Below are positions 8,796 to 17,804 of a DNA stretch of 64,000 nucleotides, one piece after another. How positions within the stretch are numbered: position 1 is the first letter of the stretch; each line of letters begins with the position of its first letter. The stretch is from a virus. Position numbers and translations under genes: made by a program. Location: IMG/VR virus record IMGVR_UViG_3300031857_000076, positions 1 to 64,000 of that record. The stretch is one strand, 5' to 3'. The notes beneath the pieces were generated by a model, which saw only the letters and a program-made list of their open reading frames with translations, ran no database searches and was not told the origin of the DNA.

Positions 8796-9110
8796 ACCCT
8801 TGTAATCCTCTTGCCGCACAATGCTCTCGCGGGAGCGACCCGCATCCACTTCGGTAAGAGCATTGTTACTTTCCGTCATTTGGGTGACACCCTCTTTTGC
8901 AAGAGGCAGTTCCATCGGGATTTCGCTTGTGGCAGCGCGGCAATTTGTTAGTTGTGAGTATTGATTCACGGGGAATTTCGGCCCTCTCTTTTGGATACTT
9001 GCCACCCTTGTAACTAACTCGGATTACCTGCGTTCCGATTTGGAAGGTTCATTAGCAGGTGAGTTATTCCCTTCCAAAATTGCTTGAACTTTGCGGCGAA
9101 CGCGCAGTTC
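8796..9110 (-). ncRNA. putative large structured RNA (nested stems, pseudoknots or kissing loop), family unknown
   Basis: about ten complementary segments, a GCAA tetraloop and a G-U pair on the minus strand, GC-rich relative to flanks. Confidence 0.6.
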
Positions 9111-9371
9111 TGTATTGCTTTCCCAATATTCTGTAAAATAAAGCATTTGTTCAATCAACAAATCTTGCAGTCCTTTTTCTGCTTCTTTATAAGTGGGAAA
9201 AGTTTTTTCATAATCGCCAATCAAGTAACCGCGATGATGCAGTCGCCATTCTGATTTTTCGTAAGTTGAAAAGTTTTTTTCGATGTAGAAGTGACAGTCG
9301 CGATCCTTGTGATGATCGCCGCCAATTAATTCATACCATAGTTCAAGAAGTTGTTCGGTGAGTGCTTGCAT
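9024..9371 (-). CDS. hypothetical protein (HHKDRDCHF motif); 3' end runs into the structured element
   Basis: ORF with TTGACA-N16-TATAAT promoter at 9381-9408. Confidence 0.7.
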   Translation of the reverse strand: MQALTEQLLELWYELIGGDHHKDRDCHFYIEKNFSTYEKSEWRLHHRGYLIGDYEKTFPTYKEAEKGLQDLLIEQMLYFTEYWESNTELRVRRKVQAILEGNNSPANEPSKSERR

Positions 9372-9423
9372 GGGTAGCTAATTATAATATGAAAAATGAG
9401 CTTGTCAAGTGTATAATTCATAT

Positions 9424-9825
9424 ATGAATGTTGAAGTTGATTTTTCCGAAAAAATCGTCGCCTCTGGTCGCGCCTCTCTGATTACAAAATTGATTTACCT
9501 GCAAAATCAATTCAAAATTTTTCATTGGCAAACCTTTTCTTATGCAAATCATCAAGCTTTTGGTCATCTTTATGATGAATTAAGCGAAAAAATTGATGAG
9601 TTTGTGGAAACCTATCAAGGAATCTATGAGCGTCTTGACTTTAGCGGCGAAATGATTGCGTTCTCTAATCTGCGCGAAACAAATTTTGCAATGATTCTTT
9701 CAGAACAAGCAACAACTTTAAAAAGCTACGATGAAGTTTTCGCTGGACACACTGATTTGCTCAACCTTCGCGATGAAATGCTCGCAGTCTTGCACAAGAC
9801 ATCTTACTTGCTCACGCTAGTTTAA
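9424..9825 (+). CDS. ferritin/Dps-like four-helix protein (DUF5856-like)
   Basis: HWQT.SYA.H.A....Y......D.FVE.YQG...LLNLRDEM...YLLTL. Confidence 0.8.
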   Translation: MNVEVDFSEKIVASGRASLITKLIYLQNQFKIFHWQTFSYANHQAFGHLYDELSEKIDEFVETYQGIYERLDFSGEMIAFSNLRETNFAMILSEQATTLKSYDEVFAGHTDLLNLRDEMLAVLHKTSYLLTLV

Positions 9826-9832
9826 AACCAAT

Positions 9833-9863
9833 AAAAAAGGGCGGCTTTTCAGCCGCCCTTTTT
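9833..9863. terminator. bidirectional intrinsic terminator
   Basis: A6-GGGCGGCT-TTTC-AGCCGCCC-T5 between convergent genes. Confidence 0.9.
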
Positions 9864-9865
9864 GT

Positions 9866-11101
9866 TTACGCCAACAGTGATGGAATTGGCTTGCCTTTAT
9901 CAGCGATTTTGAATGGTCGCCCTTCTGGAGAAATTAACACTTGTTCAGTTTGTAATCCAGCAGCAGCAGCAATGGTAGCATTGAAATCTTGCGGAGAAAC
10001 AATGCCATCCAAAACTTTCATGCCTTTGTCATCGCTCTTGCCATAAACTTGACCGCCTTTGATGCCAGCACCAATGAGAGCACTAGAGAATGCGCCAGGA
10101 TGATGATCGCGCCCATCGTTCACGTTGATGATTGGCGTGCGTCCAAAGTCAGTAGTCACAACAATGAGAGTTTTCTTTAACAAGCCAGAAGCTTGCAAGT
10201 CTTCAATGAGAGCAGTTAAAGCTGTGTCAAGAATTGCTAATTTATCTTCTAGTGCATCAAAGTTGTTAACGTGAGTGTCCCAACCACCATCTGACACTTC
10301 AATAAATTTGCATCCACCTTGCTCAATAAGTCTCTTGGCAAGGCAAACACCTTGGCCAAAACGATTGTTGCCATATTTTTCTCTCTTGTCTGCGGACTCT
10401 TTTGTGAGGTCAAAAATATCAAGCTCGGATGAGTTGAGCAAACGAACAGTTTGATCGTAGAATTCTGTGTAGCTCTTTTCAGAAGGATTTGCGCCCTTCA
10501 TTGCATCGCGTTCAATTTGCTTGAGAACTTCAATGCGTTTGCTGAATTCTTCTTTGTTTCTAATCTTTGCGTTCTCCAAGCCGCGAAGAGGGTCTTGAAT
10601 TGGAATAGGAGAATATTTCTTTGCCATCCAACCAGCGCCAGGATGGTCTGCTGGACCACTAATCAAAACATTTTGAGGGATGCTGATTTTTTCTCCCTTG
10701 TCTTGCATCTTACACATCCATGCGCCCATGTTTGGGTGAATGATTGTGCCGATCTTTTTGTAGCTTGTGCGTTGAAGATACTGAGCTTGCTCATGTGCGC
10801 CAGTATTGACCATCATGCTGCGAATCACTGCCATCTTGTCGCCGTGTTTGGCGAGTTTTGGCAAGTGTTCGCTGATAGCATAATCAGCGTTTGTGTTGAT
10901 GGAATTGAATTTGCCTTTTACTTCTGCGTCTTTCTTGGGGTCAAAAGTATCAAGATGGCTCATGCCACCATTCATAAACAAGTAAATAATGTGTTCTGCT
11001 TTGTTGGCAGACTGTGCAGCGTGAATTTCTGGTAGCACAGAAACGCCCAAGCCTGCACTGGCTAGACGAAGAACGAAGTCGCGACGATTGATAGAGTTCA
11101 T
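9866..11101 (-). CDS. DUF1501 protein with Tat signal (sulfatase-fold, PVC-typical)
   Basis: NRRDFV Tat motif; GGMSHLDTFDPK, GGWDTH, DFGRTP, GRDHHP motifs. Confidence 0.9.
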   Translation of the reverse strand: MNSINRRDFVLRLASAGLGVSVLPEIHAAQSANKAEHIIYLFMNGGMSHLDTFDPKKDAEVKGKFNSINTNADYAISEHLPKLAKHGDKMAVIRSMMVNTGAHEQAQYLQRTSYKKIGTIIHPNMGAWMCKMQDKGEKISIPQNVLISGPADHPGAGWMAKKYSPIPIQDPLRGLENAKIRNKEEFSKRIEVLKQIERDAMKGANPSEKSYTEFYDQTVRLLNSSELDIFDLTKESADKREKYGNNRFGQGVCLAKRLIEQGGCKFIEVSDGGWDTHVNNFDALEDKLAILDTALTALIEDLQASGLLKKTLIVVTTDFGRTPIINVNDGRDHHPGAFSSALIGAGIKGGQVYGKSDDKGMKVLDGIVSPQDFNATIAAAAGLQTEQVLISPEGRPFKIADKGKPIPSLLA

Positions 11102-11105
11102 AAGA

Positions 11106-12875
11106 TTAATTAGAGAATTTAAATTCGGTTGAATTGAGCAATGCCCAAATAACATCATCGTCATTTGCGCCAGAGAATGCGGCCTTCTCTGATAGTGTGG
11201 GTTTGCGGCTCAAAATGCTTTTGTAAATGATTTCCATCTTTTCGGATGGAGACTTGCCTGCCAAGGACTTGATGAGAGATGTTTCTTTGTTTGTGGCAAT
11301 GTTTGCAAGCTGACCATTCATGAATGAGATTACTTGCGTCACAGAACCTTCCAAGGAAGATGTTTGAATGAGTTCACGATCACTGCGGCCAAGTTGAGCA
11401 AGAATAGTGTTTGTTTGATTGGCATCATTGATTTCAGAAGCTCTTGCAACAACAACATTTGCAATCTTTGGCGCGAGAGAGTATTTGTCGCGCATAATTT
11501 GATTATACTTTTCGAGCTTCATTCTCATCTTCTCTAACGAAATATCCTCAATGGTTGTTTGCATGTTTTTTGCGTATTCAGTGTGAAATTCTGTTTTATA
11601 TTGTTCTGGACTCTCCACGCAAAGAGCCACAACAGAATCCCAAAGCTGTTCTGCGGTGAGTCTGCGCTTCACTGGACCAATGAAAATAAAGTTTTCGCTG
11701 TTGGCGAAAGCTCCACTGTATGTTTGACGCTGAAAGAGTTTCGTGTTGCAAAGCACAAAAAGAAACTTTTGGCTATCATAGTTTAGTTCAACAAAAATGT
11801 TCGCCAAAGTGTTCATGAGTTCACTGTTCAAAGCGTCAGAGTCGTGAATGTTGTCGTATTCTGAAATGATATACTTGCCAAACACCAAGTTCCAGTAGCG
11901 ATTCACAATGTTCTTTGTGAATGTGGGATGGTTGGGATTGGCGAGCCAAGCCACAGCGTCTTGCCGCAAATCTTCTTTGTTTTTGATTTCTCCTTTGCCG
12001 TCAAGAGTGCTTGGAACAACAGAGTCGTTTGGCTTTGCATCCTTGTATTGATAATCATGAGGAAGCTTGAGTTCTTTTGTGGAGAGGATTTCAAGATCAG
12101 CTTGAGTAGCGCGAACAAAGTTATTAATTTGATTGTTTAAGCCGCGATTCTTAACAGGGTCGCTTTTAATGAGAGCGTCAATGGTTTCTCTCAAGGCTTT
12201 GATCTTTTCGCGTGTTTCTTTTGATTCTTTGGGGCGAAGCTCAATTTGATTAAACATTGCAGCCATTTTGTAGAACTGCATTTGTGTGAAGTCTTGGAAG
12301 GGGTCATCGTGACACTGTGCGCAGCCAATGTCTGTGCCTAGAAATACTTTGTTTGTGGCAATCAAGTTGTCAAGAGGCATTCCAACGTCTCTGTAGTAGT
12401 AACCAGTAGCAGGGTTGGAATAGTAATTGCCAGAGCTTAGGAGCAAATCTTTAACGAATAAATGATATGGTTTGTTTGCTGCAATGCAGTCTTTCACATA
12501 GTCAATGTATGGTCCACCATTAAAATTATTGATTGGCGAGAGTCTTTCGCGCATTCTAAGAGCGTCTGCCCAAAAATTAAACATGTGCGAAATGTGGCCA
12601 GGATGTTTTAATAGATATTTAATTAGTTCTGTTTTTTTATTTTCGGCAGAAGCAGAGAAATAAGCATTGTATTCGCTAAACGTGGGATTGCGGCCAATGA
12701 TGGTCAAATATGCTCTGCGCAAGAAAACGTCTTCGCTAACTGGTGCAAGAGGTTTGATTTTGGCATTTAAACACTGCTTTTCTAGCACGTTGTCAATCTT
12801 GAAAGAGGCGAGATTCAAGTCTGCGCCAAAGGTTGATGCCAACAGACAAAATAAGATTAAAACTATTTTTTTCAT
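11106..12875 (-). CDS. DUF1549/DUF1553 (PSCyt2/PSD1) protein with CxxCH motif
   Basis: signal peptide; FLRRAYL.IIGR.PT, FLG.DIGCAQCHDDPF, IVNRYW..VFG, RRLTAEQLWDS, WALLNSTEF. Confidence 0.9.
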   Translation of the reverse strand: MKKIVLILFCLLASTFGADLNLASFKIDNVLEKQCLNAKIKPLAPVSEDVFLRRAYLTIIGRNPTFSEYNAYFSASAENKKTELIKYLLKHPGHISHMFNFWADALRMRERLSPINNFNGGPYIDYVKDCIAANKPYHLFVKDLLLSSGNYYSNPATGYYYRDVGMPLDNLIATNKVFLGTDIGCAQCHDDPFQDFTQMQFYKMAAMFNQIELRPKESKETREKIKALRETIDALIKSDPVKNRGLNNQINNFVRATQADLEILSTKELKLPHDYQYKDAKPNDSVVPSTLDGKGEIKNKEDLRQDAVAWLANPNHPTFTKNIVNRYWNLVFGKYIISEYDNIHDSDALNSELMNTLANIFVELNYDSQKFLFVLCNTKLFQRQTYSGAFANSENFIFIGPVKRRLTAEQLWDSVVALCVESPEQYKTEFHTEYAKNMQTTIEDISLEKMRMKLEKYNQIMRDKYSLAPKIANVVVARASEINDANQTNTILAQLGRSDRELIQTSSLEGSVTQVISFMNGQLANIATNKETSLIKSLAGKSPSEKMEIIYKSILSRKPTLSEKAAFSGANDDDVIWALLNSTEFKFSN

Positions 12876-12889
12876 AAGCCTTTAGTATT

Positions 12890-12942
12890 TTACACTTTTT
12901 AAAAAGCTTTTGAAAGATGGAATCTTTCAAGGATAAGTGTAA
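12890..12942. promoter_or_regulatory. divergent pair of GTGTAA motifs flanking a 9-bp inverted repeat
   Basis: TTACAC 12890-12895; TTGAAAGAT-GGA-ATCTTTCAA 12910-12930; GTGTAA 12937-12942. Confidence 0.6.
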
Positions 12943-12950
12943 AAATAATT

Positions 12951-14699
12951 ATGCCTCCAACGCCATCGCCTACGCCAACGCCGCCGCCCACTCCGCCGCC
13001 AACGCCTCCGCCGCCGCCAACGCCTCCGCCGCCGCCTACTCCACCACCGCCTCCTACGCCGCCGCCTCCGCCAACGCCTCCACCAACCTATTATCCTTAC
13101 ACTGGAACAGATTGCAGCGGAACGCCTGTTACAATTTACACACTTAATAATTCCTTTAGTGTTAGTGATACTGCTTATTCAGACACCGCTAATCCAGCCC
13201 AACCCTATACTGGAGCTTTTGTTTATAATAATGCTTATTATACTTATACCTCTGGAAACGGGTCGCTTGTTACTAATACTTACGCCCATTCTGGAACAGA
13301 TTGCAGCAATGCTTCTGTAACGATTTACACAAACCAAAGCTCTTTTGCATATACCGATACTGCTTATACTAATCAATGTTTAACAACAACTTATACTGGA
13401 GACTTTATTCATAGTGGAAGCGTTTACGCATATAGCAATGGTGTTGGTAGTTTCAGTGGCATTCCTTATGTTTATTCTGGAACGAATTGCAGCGGTGGTG
13501 CTGCAACAATTTACACGGGATACAGTTCTTTTAGTTCTTCCGATACTGCATACAGCGATCAGTGTTTTAAAACGCTTTTTAGTGGCATTTTTATTCGCAG
13601 CGGAAATACCTATAAATATGTTGATGGCGTAGCCACACAATACTACGCTCATGTTGGAACAGATTGTAATGGCGGAAGCGTAACAATTTATACAGTCGCT
13701 AGTAGTTTTGCTTATACTGATACAGCATATTCAGACTGCAATATATCGTCTCTTTTTGATGGCACTTTTGTAAAAAATAATACGATCTATACTTACACTT
13801 CGGGTAGCGGAACAGCGGGGAATGCGACCCATGCTCATGCTGGCACAGATTGCAGCGGAAGCAGTGTAACAATTTACACAAACTCTAGCAGTTTTGCTTA
13901 TACCGATACTGCCTACAGTGATTTGTGCCAAACAACAGCTTACACTGGATATTTTATTCTTAGTGGAGCGGTTTATTCATACAGCAGTGGCACTGGAACT
14001 CCCGTAACTTCTTATTCCCACTCTGTAACAAATTGCAGTGGTGGTTCTATTACGATTTATACTAATGCTACTCCGTTTAGTGCCAGTGATACGGCCTATA
14101 GTAACCCATGCCTAACCACAACTTTTAATGGAGCCATCTCCAGTGGCGGTGGCATTTACAAGTATAGCAGCGGTGTCTCTACACAATACTACGCTCATGT
14201 TGGAATTGATTGCGACAGTGTTTCTACTACAATTTATACTAATAGCAATACGTTTAATGTTGGTCAGACAGCGTATGCCTCTTCTTGCATCTCCACACTG
14301 TATAATGGATATTTTATTTTTGCTAGTTTTACATATTCATATACTGATGGTGTTGGAGGCGCAAGTTCTTGTCCAAGTCCACCAACGCCTCCGCCAACAC
14401 CACCACCAACGCCTCCACCTTCGCCACCAACGCCGCCGCCGTCTCCACCAGCATATACCAATCCAAACATTTTACGAGCAGACATTCACTCAAGCTATGC
14501 GACTGGTTCTGGAACGTGGCAAACTTACCGAACCAATGTGACAGGTTTGTTTGTGGCAAATTCTGGAACCAACAGGTCAGACTATCGCGACCACGTTATC
14601 CGAGAATTTAATCGTAAAATTAGCGTTTTAAATCAGCCCACAGGCTTGTTTATCAAACCGTTTGACGATGGTTTTAGGTTTACGGGAGTTTCAATATAA
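12951..14699 (+). CDS. extensin-like Pro-rich protein with seven Cys-containing ~60-aa repeats; putative virion fibre or decoration
   Basis: N- and C-proximal (PTPPP)n tracts; repeat GTDCSG..VTIYT...F...DTAYSD; same unit begins the tail fibre at 41399. Confidence 0.7.
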   Translation: MPPTPSPTPTPPPTPPPTPPPPPTPPPPPTPPPPPTPPPPPTPPPTYYPYTGTDCSGTPVTIYTLNNSFSVSDTAYSDTANPAQPYTGAFVYNNAYYTYTSGNGSLVTNTYAHSGTDCSNASVTIYTNQSSFAYTDTAYTNQCLTTTYTGDFIHSGSVYAYSNGVGSFSGIPYVYSGTNCSGGAATIYTGYSSFSSSDTAYSDQCFKTLFSGIFIRSGNTYKYVDGVATQYYAHVGTDCNGGSVTIYTVASSFAYTDTAYSDCNISSLFDGTFVKNNTIYTYTSGSGTAGNATHAHAGTDCSGSSVTIYTNSSSFAYTDTAYSDLCQTTAYTGYFILSGAVYSYSSGTGTPVTSYSHSVTNCSGGSITIYTNATPFSASDTAYSNPCLTTTFNGAISSGGGIYKYSSGVSTQYYAHVGIDCDSVSTTIYTNSNTFNVGQTAYASSCISTLYNGYFIFASFTYSYTDGVGGASSCPSPPTPPPTPPPTPPPSPPTPPPSPPAYTNPNILRADIHSSYATGSGTWQTYRTNVTGLFVANSGTNRSDYRDHVIREFNRKISVLNQPTGLFIKPFDDGFRFTGVSI

Positions 14700-14700
14700 T

Positions 14701-14731
14701 AAAAAGGGCGGGATTTCTCCCGCCCTTTTTT
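14701..14731. terminator. bidirectional intrinsic terminator
   Basis: A5-GGGCGGGA-TTTC-TCCCGCCC-T6. Confidence 0.9.
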
Positions 14732-14737
14732 GTGATC

Positions 14738-15730
14738 TTAATCTTCCAAGTCAACTTCCCAACCCTCTTCTCCCTCATACCAGAAGTAACCAAGTTCATC
14801 AAGTGCATCCAGCACGCGATTCCTTGAGGGATATTCGGGTGAAAAGCTGTTCTGAATCTTGCGAATGCCAACAGCAGAGTAGCCTTTCTTTTTGCAATTT
14901 TCAAGATACTTCTCAACACGCTCCACAAATTCACTGCGCTTTTGAACAGTTTCGTTTTGCACAGGTTCGTTGTCTTCATCCACAACAGGAGCTTTGATTT
15001 CCTGCTCGAACACAGAAACAACCTTGTAAGCTGAAACTCGGCACTTTTGGCAGTTATAATCTGTGGGAACGCTCACAACATCTTTGGGATTCACTTTAAC
15101 AACAACCACAGAGCCGCGAGCAAAGCCGCGAGCATAGTCGAGACTGCCAACATGAAGACCAAACGAGCAATGATTGTCGCGATTGTCGTCCACATCACGG
15201 CGCTTTACTTCAATCTCTGCGCCAACAGAGTTAAGAATGCGACCATGATTATCAATCTGACCCTTGACAACCTTCGTGTCCTTGTTGCCGCTAATGCTCC
15301 AGAAATCGCTTTCCAAGCCCTTGTAAGCAAGGAAGCAGCCATCGTCAGTGATGGGGAGTTCCTTGTAAGCAAGGAAGTCATAAAGCTCACGAACAGAAGA
15401 TGAAGATGGATTGTCTTGAATGTTTTGCCAGAACTTCTCAAACAAGTTGAGTGGCAAACCTTCACGATGAATGGAGCGCACCTTTTCAGCAAGAGCTTTT
15501 GGAAGAGTTTCGCCTTTGTAGGAAACCTCTTCTGGAGAGATTTTAAATCCATTCTTTTCAGCGCGTTCAGCAGTCTTTTCGAGAGCTTTGCGAATTGCCG
15601 CTTCTTGTTCGTTTTCGGGAAGGTCAAACGCTTCAATGATTTTGGCGTATTGGCTGGAACCCTTTTCGAGTTTGACTGGCTTGTTGTCGAGGAACAGGAC
15701 AATGCCTGCTTGGTTGATGATGTAGTTCAT
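14738..15730 (-). CDS. rIIB: rIIB-like protein
   Basis: ELYDFL...LPITDDGCFLAYKG...CSFGLHVG...VKVNPKDVVSVP.DY. Confidence 0.9.
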   Translation of the reverse strand: MNYIINQAGIVLFLDNKPVKLEKGSSQYAKIIEAFDLPENEQEAAIRKALEKTAERAEKNGFKISPEEVSYKGETLPKALAEKVRSIHREGLPLNLFEKFWQNIQDNPSSSSVRELYDFLAYKELPITDDGCFLAYKGLESDFWSISGNKDTKVVKGQIDNHGRILNSVGAEIEVKRRDVDDNRDNHCSFGLHVGSLDYARGFARGSVVVVKVNPKDVVSVPTDYNCQKCRVSAYKVVSVFEQEIKAPVVDEDNEPVQNETVQKRSEFVERVEKYLENCKKKGYSAVGIRKIQNSFSPEYPSRNRVLDALDELGYFWYEGEEGWEVDLED

Positions 15731-15739
15731 AGTGCAGTT

Positions 15740-15767
15740 ATTATAGTTTGGTTTTAGGGTTTGTCAA
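15740..15767 (-). promoter_or_regulatory. sigma70-type promoter TTGACA-N16-TATAAT
   Basis: perfect consensus, 9 nt before ATG. Confidence 0.85.
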
Positions 15768-15770
15768 GAA

Positions 15771-17714
15771 TTATTTGAGGCGAAGAATGGTGCGAAGTTC
15801 TTGGCGAGAGAGGTTTGGCTTGCTGGAGTAGTAATATCCACTGTTGTCATTCATGGTTTTGATGATTTTGCCGCGAATAGAAATTTCATCCGCAATCTTT
15901 TCAAACACGCAGTTGGCTTTTTTAGCAAATTTAATGTTTCGCTTGGCCTTTTCAACTAGAGAGTTTGAGAGATCAATGCTCAAAAATTTCTTTTTGAGAT
16001 TGTCAATGTTTTGGCGAGCTTTGGATTTTTCAGCCTCAAGTTCGCTGATTTGCTTGTGTTTGTCCTTGTATTCTTGGCTTTCTGCATCCAAGAAACCAAG
16101 AGAGACTAGGTTCTTGTGCATGGTTGAACTGCGAGTCACTGTGGTATTGCAATTTCTGGTTGAATTGGCTTGCTTGACCGTGAAGTTGTTGAGCTTCTTC
16201 AAAGAATCAAAAGTGATTTTGCTCATGTTTTCCTTGGCTTCCTCAATGGTGTTGGCGGTTTGAGGATAACCAGTAACCATTGTGCAAATGTGATTATAAA
16301 CTTCCAAAGCATTTAAATCATAAGTTAGGTAATAACCACTAACACTATTGATTTGAACACAGAAGGAGGCATTCATGGACAAATCAACCTTAGCTCCTGC
16401 TGTTTTTGGCCAGCCAAAGATGGTGCTCTTCACATTGCGCATTTCAAAAACCTCATTGATCTTGCTCATGTCGCAGCCGCTCAAACCTTCTGCATACACT
16501 AGATAGTATTTTTTACCATTTTTATTGGCAAGAGTTTCAAACTTGTTTCTCCAATATGCGAGAGTTTTGCGAGATTTGATGATGGCACACAAGGGCTTGC
16601 CTTTGACTTTTTCAAAGTCTGCACCAGCGCCAGCGGTTGAAATTCCAGTGATAAAAGGATAAACGTCAGAATAAATGTTCTTCTTATAGACTGAAAAGTT
16701 TTCGCCATGAAGGAATACATTGTTGCGATCTTCAACGAGTTCTTGAAGAGACATTGGCTTGATGGAATCAATGTCTTCTTTGGCGATTTCACGCAAAGCG
16801 TGCTGCATGTTAGCAAGAACTCGGTTATTGCTTGCTGTGTTTTCAAAATTCTCACGCGAGATTGGCAAGCTCATTGCGCCAATAGGCACATCAATAAACA
16901 ACATGAGATTTTCTTTGAGCTTCGGGCTTTTTAAAACTTCATTAGAAAATGTGTTTTTGTAAACCACGTTACCCATTGCAACATAAATATGAGCACGAAC
17001 GTAAAAACTTGGCTCTCTTTCAAAAAACCTGAAAACAAAACCGTCCTTCTCAATTTGAGAAACTGGCTTGAGAGGTTCCGTGCGATGATAAAAAGCATCA
17101 AAAACAATATTCGCAGAGCAAAACTTCACAAAAAACTCGCTTTTTTCTCTGAACCAGTTTATGTCTAAAGCTGTTTTAATTTCCAAATAAACTTCCAAGC
17201 CAGTCTCTTCTGTGGGAGATTCGCTCACTTTCAAGATGTGGCCAACAGGAACTCCTGTCTCTCCGCCACCAAGAGCGCAAGCATAGAGCGAGCAAACGCC
17301 ATTGTGGTAACTCTTCACATAAAAAGTGTCAGTGTAGCTGTGCGCAGCTTTGCTGCCAATGCCAAAGCCGCCAATCTGCTCATTGTTGCCGCTCTTTGTG
17401 CTGCGGAAATACATGCCAAACACGTTGCGAATATCGTTTTCGCTCAAACCCTTGGCAAAGTCGCGAACAAAAAAGATGTTGGAGCCATCTTCATCACGAA
17501 TTCCAACCTCCACTGCACGATCAATATTGTGCTTCTTGTGCTCATCAAGAGCATTGCAAATGTATTCGCGCACAACAGCAAGAATCTTGTCGCTGTAAAT
17601 CTTGTCGCGAAGATAATAAGTAGCCATGTCTGCGCCTTTAGCGTCCATGCCCATGATGGAGGAAGACATGTTTTCCGAAGTGATGAGTGGGTTTGCAAGA
17701 GTTTGTGTTTTCAT
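15771..17714 (-). CDS. rIIA: rIIA-like protein (GHKL/HATPase N-terminal domain)
   Basis: IYSDKILAVVREYICNALD, RDFAKGLS, STK...IGGFGIGSK; adjacent to rIIB. Confidence 0.9.
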   Translation of the reverse strand: MKTQTLANPLITSENMSSSIMGMDAKGADMATYYLRDKIYSDKILAVVREYICNALDEHKKHNIDRAVEVGIRDEDGSNIFFVRDFAKGLSENDIRNVFGMYFRSTKSGNNEQIGGFGIGSKAAHSYTDTFYVKSYHNGVCSLYACALGGGETGVPVGHILKVSESPTEETGLEVYLEIKTALDINWFREKSEFFVKFCSANIVFDAFYHRTEPLKPVSQIEKDGFVFRFFEREPSFYVRAHIYVAMGNVVYKNTFSNEVLKSPKLKENLMLFIDVPIGAMSLPISRENFENTASNNRVLANMQHALREIAKEDIDSIKPMSLQELVEDRNNVFLHGENFSVYKKNIYSDVYPFITGISTAGAGADFEKVKGKPLCAIIKSRKTLAYWRNKFETLANKNGKKYYLVYAEGLSGCDMSKINEVFEMRNVKSTIFGWPKTAGAKVDLSMNASFCVQINSVSGYYLTYDLNALEVYNHICTMVTGYPQTANTIEEAKENMSKITFDSLKKLNNFTVKQANSTRNCNTTVTRSSTMHKNLVSLGFLDAESQEYKDKHKQISELEAEKSKARQNIDNLKKKFLSIDLSNSLVEKAKRNIKFAKKANCVFEKIADEISIRGKIIKTMNDNSGYYYSSKPNLSRQELRTILRLK

Positions 17715-17722
17715 TGTGCGTT

Positions 17723-17750
17723 AGTATAGGCTCAAAAAGCAGCTTGTCAA
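17723..17750 (-). promoter_or_regulatory. sigma70-type promoter TTGACA-N16-TATACT
   Basis: sequence, 8 nt before ATG. Confidence 0.8.
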
Positions 17751-17804
17751 GAGCAAAGTCAAAATCTTCTTCAAAATTGTTGGTTAAAAAGTGTAATTAA
17801 ATGG

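Noticed and set aside
8766-9005. 79-aa ORF MASIQKRG...
   Set aside because: It lies wholly within the structured element, has a GTG start without SD or promoter and no protein motifs; probably incidental, though not excluded
8796-9110. tmRNA, RNase P or group I/II intron identity for the structured element
   Set aside because: The GCGGG-TCGCT-CCCGC hairpin resembles a T-arm but has a 5-nt loop and no CCA end; no GAGGAAAGTCC, no P7 (R/S) motifs and no convincing domain V
12917-13147. Ala-rich or Arg/His-rich alternative-frame ORFs over the Pro tracts (also 41487..41882, 41575..41814)
   Set aside because: Frame shadows of low-complexity repeats
13100-14370. CRISPR array or DGR template/variable repeats
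   Set aside because: The repeats are degenerate in-frame protein repeats; there is no constant repeat-spacer pattern, reverse transcriptase or cas gene in the window
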